A stretch of DNA of 63,460 nt, the filler included, from Octopus bimaculoides (Eukaryota): assembly GCF_001194135.2 (NCBI RefSeq). It is 5 parts of 5 records of this genome, joined end to end, with 100 filler letters (N's around TTAATTAATTAA, not from the genome) between each part and the next. Parts side by side here need not be neighbours in the genome. Positions count along the whole stretch, not along the records: positions 36,382 to 40,936 come from NC_068985.1; positions 41,037 to 59,719 come from NC_068996.1; 3 more parts are not named here. One strand, given 5' to 3'. Both the position numbers and the translations under genes were made by a program. Under the pieces are notes generated by a model. It searched no databases, was not told where the DNA came from, and saw nothing but the letters and a program-made list of their open reading frames with translations. This document shows positions 38,155-50,711 of this stretch, piece after piece. Within the stretch, counting starts at the first letter, position 1. Each line of letters opens with the position of its first letter.

Positions 38155-38480
38155 ATGGCTCGTGGCTCAGTGGTTAGAGTATCGCGCTTACAATCGTTAG
38201 GTTGTGAGTTCGATTCCCTGATCGGGTTGTGTCTTGTGTTCTCGAGCAAAACACTTTATTTCGTGTTGCTCCAGTTCACTCAGCTGTAAAAATGAGTTGC
38301 GACGTTACTGGTGCCAAGCTGCATCGGCCCCTTTGCCTTGTCCTTGGATAACATCGGTGGCGTGGAGATGAGAGGCTTGTATGCATGGGTGACTGCTGGT
38401 CTTCCATAAACAACCTTACCTGGTCTTGTGTCTCGGAAGGGCACTTTCTAGTTGCAATCCCATGATCATTTGTGACTAAA
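38155..38480 (+). mobile_element. SINE group B head and core with a third tail type
   Basis: GTGGCTCAGTGGTTAGAG...GAGTTCGATTCCC...TTGTGTTCTCGAGCAAAACACTTTATTTC, then a body unlike 3160-3450. Confidence 0.75.
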
Positions 38481-38569
38481 GGGAGTTTTTACCTTGCCTG
38501 TGTGTGTGTGCTTGTGTGTGTGTATGTGTGTGTGTATGCATGTATGAATACACACATACGCATATATAG

Positions 38570-38945
38570 ACGTAGGCTTGGCTGTGTGGTAAGAAGTTTG
38601 CTTCCCAACTACATTCTTTCGAGTTCAGTCCTACAGAGTGGCACCTTGGAAAAGTACCTCCTACTCGAGCCCCGGGCCGACTGATGCTGAAAGAGGCACG
38701 ACGTTTATCTATGCATGTGTGTGTATTTGTTATTGCGCTTATGCTTGTATCCCCAACTGCTTGATAACCGGTGTTGAATTGTTTGCATTCCTGCAACGTA
38801 GCGATTCGACAACNNNNNNNNNNACTGATAGAATAGGTGCCAGGCTTTAAAGATTTTGTTCCACTAAACCTTCGAATTGTTCAGTTAAACTTTTCAAGGC
38901 GGTACCCTAGCATGGCCGCGGTCCAAAAACTGAAACAAGAGATAG
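38570..38945 (+). mobile_element. SINE group A, diverged
   Basis: GGCTGTGTGGTAAGAAGTTTGCTTCCCAAC...GATAGAATAGGTGCCAGGC...GCATGGCCGCGGTC. Confidence 0.75.
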
Positions 38946-39261
38946 GTAATATATGTTTTGTTGTCCTTTTTTTGTATCACCTGTCTGGATGTTTTGCGTT
39001 CTTGTCCCATTTTTGTATTTTTTATATATAAAATATAGTGGTGTACGTACACTTTGGTCTCTTATATGTAAGTATATCATCATCATCGTCATCATCGTTT
39101 AACGTCCGCTTTCCATGCTAGCATGGGTTGGACGATTTGACTGAGGACTGGTGAAACCGGATGGCAACACCAAAATTTTGTACAACTCTATTATTCTTTC
39201 TATTCTTTCACTCTTTCCTTCTTTCTATCAGCCGTTTCACACTTCGTTCATTCCATATATA

Positions 39262-39293
<32 letters not shown>

Positions 39294-39626
39294 NNNNNNN
39301 NNNNNNNNNNNNNNNNNNNNNNNNNNNNNNNNNNNNNNNNNNNNNNNNNNNNNNNNNNNNNNNNNNNNNNNNNNNNNNNNNNNNNNNNNNNNNNNNNNNN
39401 NNNNNNNNNNNNNNNNNNNNNNNNNNNNNNNNNNNNNNNNNNNNNNNNNNNNNNNNNNNNNNNNNNNNNNNNNNNNNNNNNNNNNNNNNNNNNNNNNNNN
39501 NNNNNNNNNNNNNNNNNNNNNNNNNNNNNNNNNNNNNNNNNNNNNNNNNNNNNNNNNNNNNNNNNNNNNNNNNNNNNNNNNNNNNNNNNNNNNNNNNNNN
39601 NNATATATATATACACACACATATAT

Positions 39627-40005
39627 ACTCTTTTACTTGTTTCAGTCTTTTGACTGTGGTCATGCTGGAGCACCGCCTTTAGTCGAGCAAATCGACCCCA
39701 GGACCTATTCTTTAGAAGCCTAGTACTTATTCTATCGTTCTCTTTTGCCGAACCGCTAAGTTACGGGGACATAAACACACCAGCATCGGTTGTCAAGCGA
39801 TGTTGGGGGGACAAACACAGACACACAAACACACATACATATATATACGACGGACTTCTTTCAGTTTCCGTCTACCAAATCCACTCACAAGGCTTTGGTC
39901 GGCCCGAGGCTATAGTAGGAGACACTTGCCCAAGATGCCACGCAGTGGGACTGAACCCGGGACCATGTGGTTGGTAAACAAGCTACTTACCACACAACCA
40001 CTCCT
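39627..40005 (-). mobile_element. SINE group A, near full length
   Basis: Reverse complement of 18371-18785. Confidence 0.9.
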
Positions 40006-40569
40006 AATGTTTGTGTGTGTGTGTATAATCACTCAGACTCTCTTTAAATGTTTCACAAATTCTAATTATGTGCCTCTTTGTCTAGTGTTACCATTATACT
40101 GATAGATGTTAGGTGGAGTTTTGTTCTCTCTTTCGCTTTACCAATTTGAACCGGACGTATCATCACTTACTATTGTCAAAACGAATTCATTTTCAACAAA
40201 TAGCAGAGTACAAAAATTTACTCATACACACACACACACACACATCTCGTTCAAATGGCCAGTCATGACTCGTATTCCAACAACAGCGTTACACAGCGAG
40301 ATAAAAGATAATATTTGTAACATGTGTACATAAACGTTGCTACTTATAATGTATTGTTGACCTCATGTTATCACGAAGGTGCGGAAAAGATGAGCTACTT
40401 TGCTGTTCGTTATAAATACATGCAGGCATTGCTAACCGGTTAGTAAGTTCGCTTTGGAATCATAACACCCCGGGTTCGACATCTGCTACGTGGCATCTTG
40501 GACGAGTGTCTTTTATGTTATAGCCTCTGATCGTGTCATGCTGGCATCCCGGCTGATGAATGGTGCTAC

Positions 40570-40935
40570 CTTGTTGTTGGCACTCCGTCGCTTACGACGT
40601 CGAGGGTTCCAGTTGATCCGATCAACGGAACAGCCTGCTCGTGAAATTAACGTGCAAGTGGCTGAGCACTCCACAGACACGTGTACCCTTAACGTAGTTC
40701 TCGGGGATATTCTGCGTGACGCAGTGTGACAAGGCTGACCCTTTGAATTACAGGCACAGCAGACACAGGAAGTAAGAGTGAGAGAAAGTTGTGGTGAAAG
40801 AGTACAGCAGGGTTTGCCACCATCCCCTGTCGGAGCCTCGTGGAGCTTTAGGTGTTTTCGCTCAATAAACACTCACAACGCCCAGTCTGGTAATCGAAAC
40901 CGCGATCCTATGACCGCGAGTCTGCTGCCCTAATC
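40570..40935 (-). mobile_element. SINE group B, near full length
   Basis: Near-identical to 445-822. Confidence 0.9.
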
Positions 40936-41131
40936 ANNNNNNNNNNNNNNNNNNNNNNNNNNNNNNNNNNNNNNNNNNNNTTAATTAATTAANNNNNNNN
41001 NNNNNNNNNNNNNNNNNNNNNNNNNNNNNNNNNNNNGGGGGGGGGTTAATGTCTGTTGACATGACCATACAAGATCGCGGAACGCTATCATGTCTAAACA
41101 GGCAAACAATAAACGTTTTACTGGTGTTTCT

Positions 41132-41183
<52 letters not shown>

Positions 41184-41376
41184 CATGTATGTATGTATGT
41201 ATGTATGTATGTGTGTTTTCCATGTGTATTATCACGACTGCATCAAATAACTGACCACCGCATGACATCAAGTATAAATAGCAACCGTTTACAGAACGTA
41301 GGCGCATATTTGTGTGTGTGTGTGACTGTTTGCATATTTCTTGCGAAATGGTTTGTGAAGCGGTGTTGCTGTTGTT

Positions 41377-41407
<31 letters not shown>

Positions 41408-41464
41408 ACAACAACAACAACATTATCTGCATTGTCATAATCATTATCTGCATTCTTATCATCA

Positions 41465-41690
41465 AAGCAGTGTGCTAACAGAGTTGTTAGCTCATCGGGC
41501 GAAATGCTTTCGCGGCATTTCGTCCGTCTTCACCATCCTGAGTTCAAACTCCGCCGAAGTCGACTTTGCTTTGCATCCTTTCCGGGTCGATAAAATAAAT
41601 ACCAGTTGAGCACTGGGATCAATATAACTGACTTACCCCACTCTTTCCCCCAAAATACTGGCCTTGTGCGAGAATTTGAAATTAATATGT
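41465..41690 (+). mobile_element. SINE group C
   Basis: GTTAGCTCATCGGGCGAAATGC...GAAGTCGACTTTGCTTTGCATCCTTTCCGGGTCGATAAAAT...GGCCTTGTGCGAGAATTTGAAA. Confidence 0.8.
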
Positions 41691-41789
41691 CTATGCCTTC
41701 TATGAATTTTACCACAGATCTATTCTACTTTCCTAAGTGTCATTGTTATAGGTATTATTGAAATTACAAAAAGTAACGGAGAAAGCGAG

Positions 41790-42870
41790 TCACCTTGGAA
41801 GATTCCCCCTTTAATATTAACTTCACCAAGGAATACTTGAGTACAATTTGGTTCTCCACTCTTTCATGCTATACATCAGAAAATTTATTATGTTGTCAGC
41901 AATATCAAACATCTGCCAGCATTCAACGATCCAAGAATGAGGCATCATATTATATGCCTTCTTAAAGTCAATCCAAGCCATAGACATGCTTGTATGATGT
42001 TTTTTACAATACCTCAAAACTGTTTTATCGATGGCCAGGTGATCCTTGGTAACCTGAGAACTCTTCCAACATTCTTTTAGGTCCCTGGGTAGTATTTCTT
42101 CCTGTGTCAGAAAAGTGTATGTTTTTGCCGCACATATTCCACTGAGTATCTTCCAGATTATGTTTAGGCATGCTATGGGACGGTAGTTTCCCCACAATAT
42201 TCCCCTTTCTTCTATCTTTCATTACAAGTGTTGTCCTCCCAGTCACCATCCACGCGGGGACTGTACCTTTCTGGACACATTCAGTTGGTCTGCTAGTCTT
42301 TCATGCACAGCATGTCATCTCTTCAGCTAGAAGCCATGAATCCCATCAGGTCCGGGGGCTTTTCAGGTGGACCCTATACCCACTTGTTCTTTCACATCAC
42401 CTGTGCTTATGACAATATTCCTTTGTTTCTTTTCTCCTTGTAATTCTGTCTTGATAGTTCCTATCCACATTGTATTCCTTTTATGCACTACATTGTTTCC
42501 CTATAATTCGCTCCAGAACCCCTTGGCTTGATTTGCATCAGGAGCAACATTTTCCCCATTGTCTCCTTCTAACGTTCGGAAGAATTGCTTTGGGTTATTT
42601 TTGAACAATCTGTTCTCCTCGAACTACTTCTTTCTGTTCACAAATCTTATGATCTTCTGGCTTTTGCCATGATCCTCTGTTTTAACTGCTCTATTACTGC
42701 ATCAAACCCGTTCTTCCGTATTTTATATTTCTTCTCTAATTTTTCTCGGTCGGTCTTTTACTCATTTTCCCAGTTTCCTCTTAATCATTCCCCAATTCTT
42801 CCTAGGTATTGCCTTGCTCGCATTATGTCCCTTTCAATGCGTCGTTTCCACCATGGTTCTTTTGCTCCAC
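41790..42870 (-). pseudogene. R4/Dong-like LINE, pre-RT and RT fragment
   Basis: EPWWKRRIE, ENRLFKNNPKQFFRTL and NYRPIACLNIIWKIL...AWIDFKKAYNMMPHSWI (ORF 41823-42197). Confidence 0.85.
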
Positions 42871-42879
42871 CATTTTTTG

Positions 42880-42925
42880 AAAGAAGAAGAAGAAGAAGAA
42901 GAAGAAGAAGAAGAAGAAGAAGAAG

Positions 42926-42959
<34 letters not shown>

Positions 42960-43059
42960 GCAACAACAACAAATACTGCGATCGATTCAAGGAGAAAAGA
43001 AAGATGAAACTTTCACACAAAATTATAGATAGTAGAGTTTTTAAATTTTCTAGATTATG

Positions 43060-43122
<63 letters not shown>

Positions 43123-43750
43123 GCTGCCATACTGAGAAGACGCACAAAGTTGGAGCTCCGTAAGTTTTAAATGTTTCATCAATCGTTTCGGCAGTTTAAT
43201 ATTTTTATTCAGCCTAATATTTTTTGTTATAACTATTTTGCTAACATTGTTTGGATCGTAGTGGTAATATTTCTGCGGAATTACATCCACTTTTTGAAAC
43301 ACGACAAAATGATCGTCGGTGAACAGTGTTCTGTCGATCCAGTTTTAATTCCGAAAGGAGCCACGGATGGAGTTAAAATTAATTCATCGATACAAAGAAA
43401 TACAATTTCCTCTCGTTGCTACGACAGCGATAAAAAAAAATAACCTGCAAAGATACAAGTAGTAGTAACGACAGTAACAACAACAACAACAATAATAATA
43501 ATAATAACAACCACAACAATAATAACAACAACAGCAGTAAAGACAATGTGTACGGCAGCAGTAGCAGGAGCAGCAGCACAAACAGCAGGTACAACGATAA
43601 TAGCAACAGCATCAGCAACAACAACAGCAGCAACGTGAACAATTTGATCGAAAACAACAGCGAAAATAATGTATTTATTAATAACTGCTCTAATAACAAA
43701 AACTGTGTGGAAAACAACCACAACAACAGAAACAATAACATGAAGAACCA
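42880..43750. repeat. Trinucleotide low-complexity cluster: (AAG)n, (AAC)n, (TTA)n, mixed AAC/AGC/AAT
   Basis: Directly visible. Confidence 0.9.
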
Positions 43751-43759
43751 GAACAACTC

Positions 43760-45590
43760 TATATCTTTTTCGAGGGCAATTAGCCAGTGGTCAGTACATT
43801 TGGTGCAACGATTTCCAGACGGTGAACGTGTGCGGGCTCCTTTTGTGAGATACGTCTTTCCGCAGCTCGTCTCCTTGAGGAAGCTGCAGTCTTGGACGAA
43901 GGGCAGACCGAGACTGGGTGCCTGTCACCTAGAATATCGTCAGGCGCTCGCTATTCCCTACCAGTCGGGCAATAGGATCGGTGAATGATCCAATTTTGCT
44001 ATATAGAGAGGATTAGTAGCGGGGAAGTGCGACGACGTCTACGACGAAAACGAACTGGCTAGTCTGTTGCAGAGAACTTTCCGGTCGGAGACTGCTATGG
44101 ATGTCTTTGGTAGTGTTACGTGGGGACATTATAAAAATGACATTTTGAAACCATGAACTATGGGCCTAAATGAGGAGGGGAAAAAGTCTACGAAAGACAA
44201 ACCATTGTCTATAAGTGCGTTTCTTGCAAGGAGAAGAAACTTAAGTTTCTTACTCCGACTGAGACAGAAAAATGCCTCCAGGATGTGTGGTCCTCACTGT
44301 TACACATATACAAAGGTAAACAATATGGAATGGTAGCTGCTATATGCAGCAGTGAGCAAGAAACCAGAAGAATGGCTACTATTGCACGTCCCGAACTTTA
44401 TTAATTCTCCATTATATGGATGAAAGTTGACCCGAATTCGAGTCAAGGACGTGCCAGTGCACCGTGATCTGGCGAGAGTTTTAGCCATTCATGAAGAAAT
44501 TGTGGAGGTGAAGTCCACTCCGCAACTCAGCAGGGCCGGAATTCTTATGGAATTCCAGATACTAGTTTCTCCAGAGAAAATACGTCGAGTTCCAGATTTT
44601 TTTCTGTTTCAGGGAATGCGAACAGATGCTGGTTTTTATCGAAAGTAAAAAACCGATATGTTTTTTCTGTGGGTATACGAACCACTTGAAAGCCTATTGC
44701 CCGTGGTGGAGAAATTACGATGCTCTCCACCCTTGCTCCAAATTTCTCAAAGTGTGAACACCACAACTAACTCACATCTACTTCTAAAATCGCAACGACT
44801 TTGTCGGGGATAAGAGAAAGCTTGAAATTGAAGTAGAGACCCGCCCAAACTTCAACAGTCATCCCTGAAGACTAAGGTAAATAACACCATTTTATTTTCT
44901 ATAATCTAAATGACCACACTCGGAAGTAGGCTGTGCAAATGTTCGAGGTCTGGGTTCGATTTGGATACAGGGTCACCTGCTCAAAGATCTCAGGTCCCTT
45001 GATTTAGATATGACCGGCATTAGTGAGATAAGAATTTCCAGGATCCAAACAGTGGAGACGCGACATGGAAACAAAACCATGAACAGATTTTTGACGAATC
45101 GCCCGGTTTGGATGGCCTGCCCTGTGAATTCTATATTTTTATGCCAGATTTGTTTGGCAGATGCAGTAACTGACAGTAGAACGGGAGAATTCCTAGTACT
45201 GTTAGCTGCAATGCACAGCGGTACATACTTGGTGGTCAGAGTAAACGTCTACCTATCAGAGCAGTTTGGCACCGCACGTTCGGTCCGTCAGGGCTACTCG
45301 CTGCCACCTCTGCTGCACGTGCTGGCTCTTGGAGCAATTAAGAAGCATCCTTTTCTAACTCGCGAGGACAGTATCGACATACGCGGACGACGTCTGCGCC
45401 ATGGTGTCGGACGCCTCCGAAGTGGAGACGGTCGGCTCCATTGTAAGAGAATGAGTCGGTTGCAGGGATCAAAATCAATGCCGACATGGTCTTGAGAATG
45501 GGCACATGGAGAGGAAGACTGATGCCGTCGGACGGTGTCATCAGACGCTGTTTTGGATGGACCGTTTCAGTATTAATTAATTCTCCCATT
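43760..45590 (+). pseudogene. Decayed L1/Tx1-like LINE (ORF1 zinc knuckle, APE start, RT fragment)
   Basis: CCHC knuckle CFFCGYTNHLKAYC at 44659-44700; APE start VGCANVRGLG...DLDMTGISEIR at about 44925-45035; RT motif B RSVRQGYSLPPLLHVLAL at about 45277-45330. Confidence 0.75.
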
Positions 45591-45604
45591 CTTCTCCTCG
45601 AATA

Positions 45605-45668
<64 letters not shown>

Positions 45669-45671
<3 letters not shown>

Positions 45672-45907
45672 AGAATAAAAAGTTTAGAATGGTACAACAA
45701 TGCACTATAGATCAAAAAATGGATTATATACCTGTTGTAACTTGGTTATCTATAGTCTGATGATATTTCGGAATTACAGTTCCTTCTTCAGAACTTCTTT
45801 GCTGGAGTCTCTGCTATAGACTATAGATAACCAAGTTACAACAGGTATATAGTCCATTTTTTGTTCTATAGTGCATTGTTGTACCATTCTAAACTTTTTA
45901 TTCTTTA
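45669..45907. repeat. Fold-back: 90-bp inverted arms around a 59-nt spacer
   Basis: 45669-45758 is the reverse complement of 45818-45907 with 2 mismatches. The spacer carries CTGAAGA...GAAA on the minus strand. Confidence 0.95.
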
Positions 45908-45961
45908 CAAACAAAATACAATGCTTCAAGCGAACGACAATACTCTCCTATTATTATTATA

Positions 45962-46008
<47 letters not shown>

Positions 46009-46739
46009 CGTCGTCGTCGTCGTCATCGTCGTCGTCGTCGTCGTCGTTGTTGTCGTCGTTGTTGTTGTTGTTATTGTTGTTGTTGTTATGTGTGTCTTAT
46101 CCTTTGACGTGTAACGATAACGGACTTGAACTTCCTTACCCATTAAATCAGTGTTTCTGAAATAGATGCAACAGGACCCAGGTTTCAATGTAAAGGTCTT
46201 GGATCGCGCTAGATGAGATGCTTTTCTAATAAGATTCAGTAAATATTTACTCATAGACAAAATTATTATGCGAGTCTTCAAAATAGAGAATTACTGACTA
46301 TTTACGAATGAATTTTCCCTCTAAAATAATTCCTGGCTCATTTACTGTCTTAGTGAATTAAGAATGGCGGGAGTTGTTTGTAAAATATTGATAAGGGTCT
46401 TGCGATTTTTGGAAAATCGTATAAGGGCCCAAACTAAAAATGAGTTTGGAAACCACTGTCCTTAGACGTTGACGATGATGGATAAGACTGATAAAACCTT
46501 TGGTTTAGAATTATAGATTTCAAACTAAAAATCAATATCTGTATACATATCGGATATCGTTGCATATCCTGGGATAAGACAATTGAAGCGAATTAGAGAG
46601 ACAAAAATCGATCGAAATATTATCGATGTAACTACATAGTAATATTAAAATTTATTTCTAAAGATGATGTTAAGAGACCGAGAATTCGTAATTGTTAAAT
46701 TTAATGAATATGTTGCATATTTCTCTGTTTAACAATGAA

Positions 46740-46778
46740 TACTACAACTAATACTACAACTAAAACTACTACTACTAC

Positions 46779-46809
<31 letters not shown>

Positions 46810-46953
46810 AAGAAGAAGAAGAAGAAGAAGAAGAAGAAGAAGAAGAAGAAAAAGAAGAAGAAGAAGAAGAAGAAGAAGAAGGGGGGAGGNNNNNNNNNNA
46901 AGAAGAAGAAGAAGAAGAAGAAGAAGAAGAAGAAGAAGAAGAAGAAGAAGAAG

Positions 46954-46983
<30 letters not shown>
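46740..46983. repeat. (ACT)n(AAG)n microsatellite
   Basis: Directly visible; it explains the poly-K and poly-F ORFs. Confidence 0.95.
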
Positions 46984-46984
<1 letters not shown>

Positions 46985-47159
46985 TATACTGCGGTCGATT
47001 CATTCGAGTAAAAAAAGTCTACAAGATTTTGCCCCAGCTTGGCCGCAGTCTGATGACTAAAGCAAATGATGAAAAAATAAAAGATGAAAGCAAACGTAAA
47101 CGTTACCACAAAAGAAATAGTAATTCCTCAAAGAAACCACATCACTTGATTTATTCAGG

Positions 47160-47595
47160 AATATTCTTTTCTACTCTAGGCACAAGGCTCGAAATTTTTG
47201 GGAAGGGGTGGCCAGTCGATTAGATCGACACCAATATGCAACTGGTACTTAATTTATCGTTCCCGAAATGAGGAAAGGCAAAGTTGACTTCGGCGGAATT
47301 TGAACTCAGAACGTAACGGCAGACGAAATACCTCTAAGCATTTCGCCCGGCGTGCTAACGTTTCTTATTTCTTTATTGCCCACAAGGGGCTAAACAGAGT
47401 GGGGACAAACAAGGACAGACAAAGGGATTAAGTCGATTACATCTACCCCAGTACGTTACTGGTACTTAATTTATCAACCCCGAAAGGCTGAAAGGTAAAG
47501 TCGACCTCGGCGGAATTTGAACTCAGAACGTAAATCCAGACGAAATATCGCTAAGCATTTCGCCCGGCGTGCTAACGTTTCTGCCAGCTCACCGC
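47160..47595 (-). mobile_element. Tandem SINE group C copies
   Basis: Two successive near-identical bodies (GGTACTTAATTTATC...GAACTCAGAACGTAA...GCATTTCGCCCGGCGTGCTAACGTTTC). Confidence 0.9.
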
Positions 47596-47756
47596 TGTGT
47601 TTAGGAATATTACGGTCAGTCTGAGAATGTTGAGAGGAAATGACAATCTTGGCAAGATTTAAACTAGGAACTCTGACGTAATTAAATCTCACAAGGCATT
47701 GCGGTAGTAGTGTTGTTATAAGCAATCCTACCAGAAAACATTCTGTTCTAAGAAAA

Positions 47757-47975
47757 AGCGGCGAGCTGACAGAATCGGTAGCACGGTCGAGCCAAATTAC
47801 TTACTGGCATTTCGTTCGTCATTACGTTCTGAGTTCAAATTCCGTCGAGGTCGACTTTGCCTTTCATCCTTTCGGGGTCGATAAATTAAGTACCAGTTAC
47901 GTACTGAGGTTGACGTAATTGACTTGCCTCATACCCCCAACTTGCTGGCATTTTGCCAAAATTTGAAACCCATAT
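47757..47975 (+). mobile_element. SINE group C
   Basis: GCGGCGAGCTGACAGAATCGGTAGCAC...AAAATTTGAAACC. Confidence 0.85.
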
Positions 47976-48102
47976 TCTCTTATAAGGGAATTAACATTTT
48001 CTTAAAGTTACCTCCCCTGACATCGAAGATGTAAGGGAGATAAGTATATTTTGAAATAAGTCTGCACCAAGAAGTCACAATTTTTGAATTTCATGTAGTC
48101 GG

Positions 48103-48151
48103 ATGAAGACTTCTACTACCGTTATTGCTGCTGCTACTGCTGCTGCTGCTG

Positions 48152-48213
<62 letters not shown>

Positions 48214-48257
48214 ACTGCTGCTACTGCCACTGCTACTTCAACTACTAACAAGAAGGA

Positions 48258-48307
<50 letters not shown>

Positions 48308-48340
48308 TGGTGGTGATGATGATGATTATGGTGATGATTC
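48103..48340. repeat. Compound trinucleotide microsatellite (GCT)(ACT)(GAT)(GGT)
   Basis: Directly visible. Confidence 0.9.
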
Positions 48341-48559
48341 ATTTCCTTAGCCTCTAGGGCCCAAGACTGAAGACGACATAAAAGAACGAAATACAGCACA
48401 CGAAGAAATAAGGATTATATCGATCAAATAAAGACAACAAAAATGACGATCTAACAAAAGGATATAAAAATAGAATTCAGAAAATAAAAATAATTAATTA
48501 ATTAATTAATTCAATTAATTAATTAATTAATTACCTTAGGTAATTAGCGGAAAGACTCA

Positions 48560-49850
48560 CACAAAAAAAATATTACTCTGCAGTTTTCAAGGCGTTTGGA
48601 TGTACTCTCTTTCAGTTTCTTTTCTCCTTCTTAGAAAAGCATGCTCAGGGTAGGCCCTTTCAGTTTCAGCGGTCTTACCACATTCATTCACCTTTCAGTA
48701 AACACAGTAGAATGTAGAACCGCCCTCTCAATCTTCACCTTCATCTTTAAAAGCTATATGAAGAAATTCGTAAGATCTTGGCCAGATAAAGAAGTGGTTG
48801 TCTTCAAACCTTACAGATGTGTCCACCACACAATCTTTTTTCGCCTTAGTCCCTAAGCAGAGGAAGGTTTTGCTTTACCTTTCTCTATCAAATAAAGGTG
48901 ACGCATCTATCTTCACTAAACACTCAGCGAACTGACGGCTTTGTTTTACTGTTCAGACAATATTGGCTGTCTTTCTCATTAACTCTGCCAAGTAACTAAA
49001 GACCGGGACCATCCAGGTTCGTACTCAGAGAAGAAATTTGGCAACCCATCCTTACCGGGGGATTTCCACTTATGAGCCTTCGCGAGTGTCATCCTTAGGT
49101 CTGCTGTTGTGATGTCTTCCCATGCTTGTCCTGGTAGGTTTTGGTAGGATCCTTCTATGCGTCTAATCCAGTTTTTTTTTTTATTGTAAGTCTTTTGATC
49201 ACTCCAGATATTTTTCCAAAAGTTTTCAATTTCTTCCATGAGAACGGTTATTTTCTCGTTTCCTATTTCTCTATAGAATGTTTCCGCATTGGATGTGAAC
49301 AGATTATTTTTACTTGTAAAACTTGTTTCTCTTTTCAAATCTTCGCATTCTTTGAGTTTTTGCTTGGACCTTTTGTTGCAGTGTTTCTGTTACTGAAAGC
49401 AGTTCTTCTCTTGATGAGAATCTGTTTTCTCTTCATCTTTCTTCCTTTTCTGGTTTTTACATCGTTTCCACAGATTAGTTCATTCAATATTGATATTTCA
49501 CCTCTCATTATCTCAATCCTTTTTTCAGTTTTGCGTTTCTAGTTTGGAATTCTTCTCAGGTTTGTATTTCTTTGTTTTTTTCAGAGGCCTACAACTGGTT
49601 TCAATTGTCTTAGCAGCTGCGTAAATAATTTCATTTAATTCAGTGAGATCTGATTTTAGTTCCAGTATAATTTCCTTCGTTACTTAGTTTCCAATTTTAA
49701 CTTGTTTTCTATTTTGCATTGTATTTGAGAGTTTATGAAATTGTTCTCTACTATGCATATTGGCATGTCTTACAAGTACATTCTTATTCAGGATTTTCTG
49801 CTTCCAGATTAACCATAGGACAAGCGATATGGCGTACTGTTATATCTTTC
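48560..49850 (-). pseudogene. R4/Dong-like LINE fragment
   Basis: ORF 48979-49338 reads NNLFTSNAETFYREI...IENFWKNIW...WIRRIE...WKSPGKDGLPNF. Confidence 0.8.
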
Positions 49851-50143
49851 CTTTTTGTTTCATAAGACTTATTTGTGCTACATTAAAATTATTAGTATTG
49901 ATCCTTGTGTGGCAGATGTAGAGACGGTTGTTGTCTCAGTCATTATTGTCAACTCCGCCATTAATACCGTTACAGTTACCTTAACCTTGCCATTACAGCA
50001 TTATTCATCGTTAGTTACCACCACTAGTGCCTTGATCTGTATCGTTGTGGCTAATCTTTGTAGCCATACCGACAGTATAACCATTATTTATTAAATTACA
50101 ATTATTTTTATTATCACTGTTGTTGTTGCTGTTGTTGTTGTTA

Positions 50144-50190
<47 letters not shown>

Positions 50191-50511
50191 GCAGAAATTC
50201 TATACATCACAGCAGCGAGATTTTGCTGGCCTACCTCCCAATGACGATTCCCAATGGAATAATGGAATGAAATTACGTGATACTAGAATTCTTGTGTCCA
50301 TCACAAGTGACTCTGGTTTGCTACGATCAGCATGTGTGCTTATATGGACCAAGCGCCTATATGAAAGGATCTATCAACGCTAATCACGCAGTATTCGGTT
50401 TTCTAACAAGACAGTCATATTATCTTGGATATAAAACTAACTTCATATATATATATAATACAATGTCTGCAAGTTGGTGAGTACCACATACTCCCCTCCA
50501 TTTTCTTATTG

Positions 50512-50560
<49 letters not shown>

Positions 50561-50603
50561 CGCGTAAGTATGCATGTGTGTGTGCACGCGCGCACGTGTA
50601 CAC

Positions 50604-50653
<50 letters not shown>

Positions 50654-50669
50654 GCGTGTNNNNNNNNNN

Positions 50670-50711
<42 letters not shown>

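Noticed and set aside
42814-43988. Poly-E/Q/N/L ORFs, including 43548-43988
   Set aside because: They are translations of (AAG)/(AAC)/(AAT) tracts running into the L1/Tx1 relic; no splice or domain support.
48493-48535. (TTAA)n run resembling the scaffold linker
   Set aside because: It has no flanking Ns and contains an interruption, so it is a natural microsatellite.
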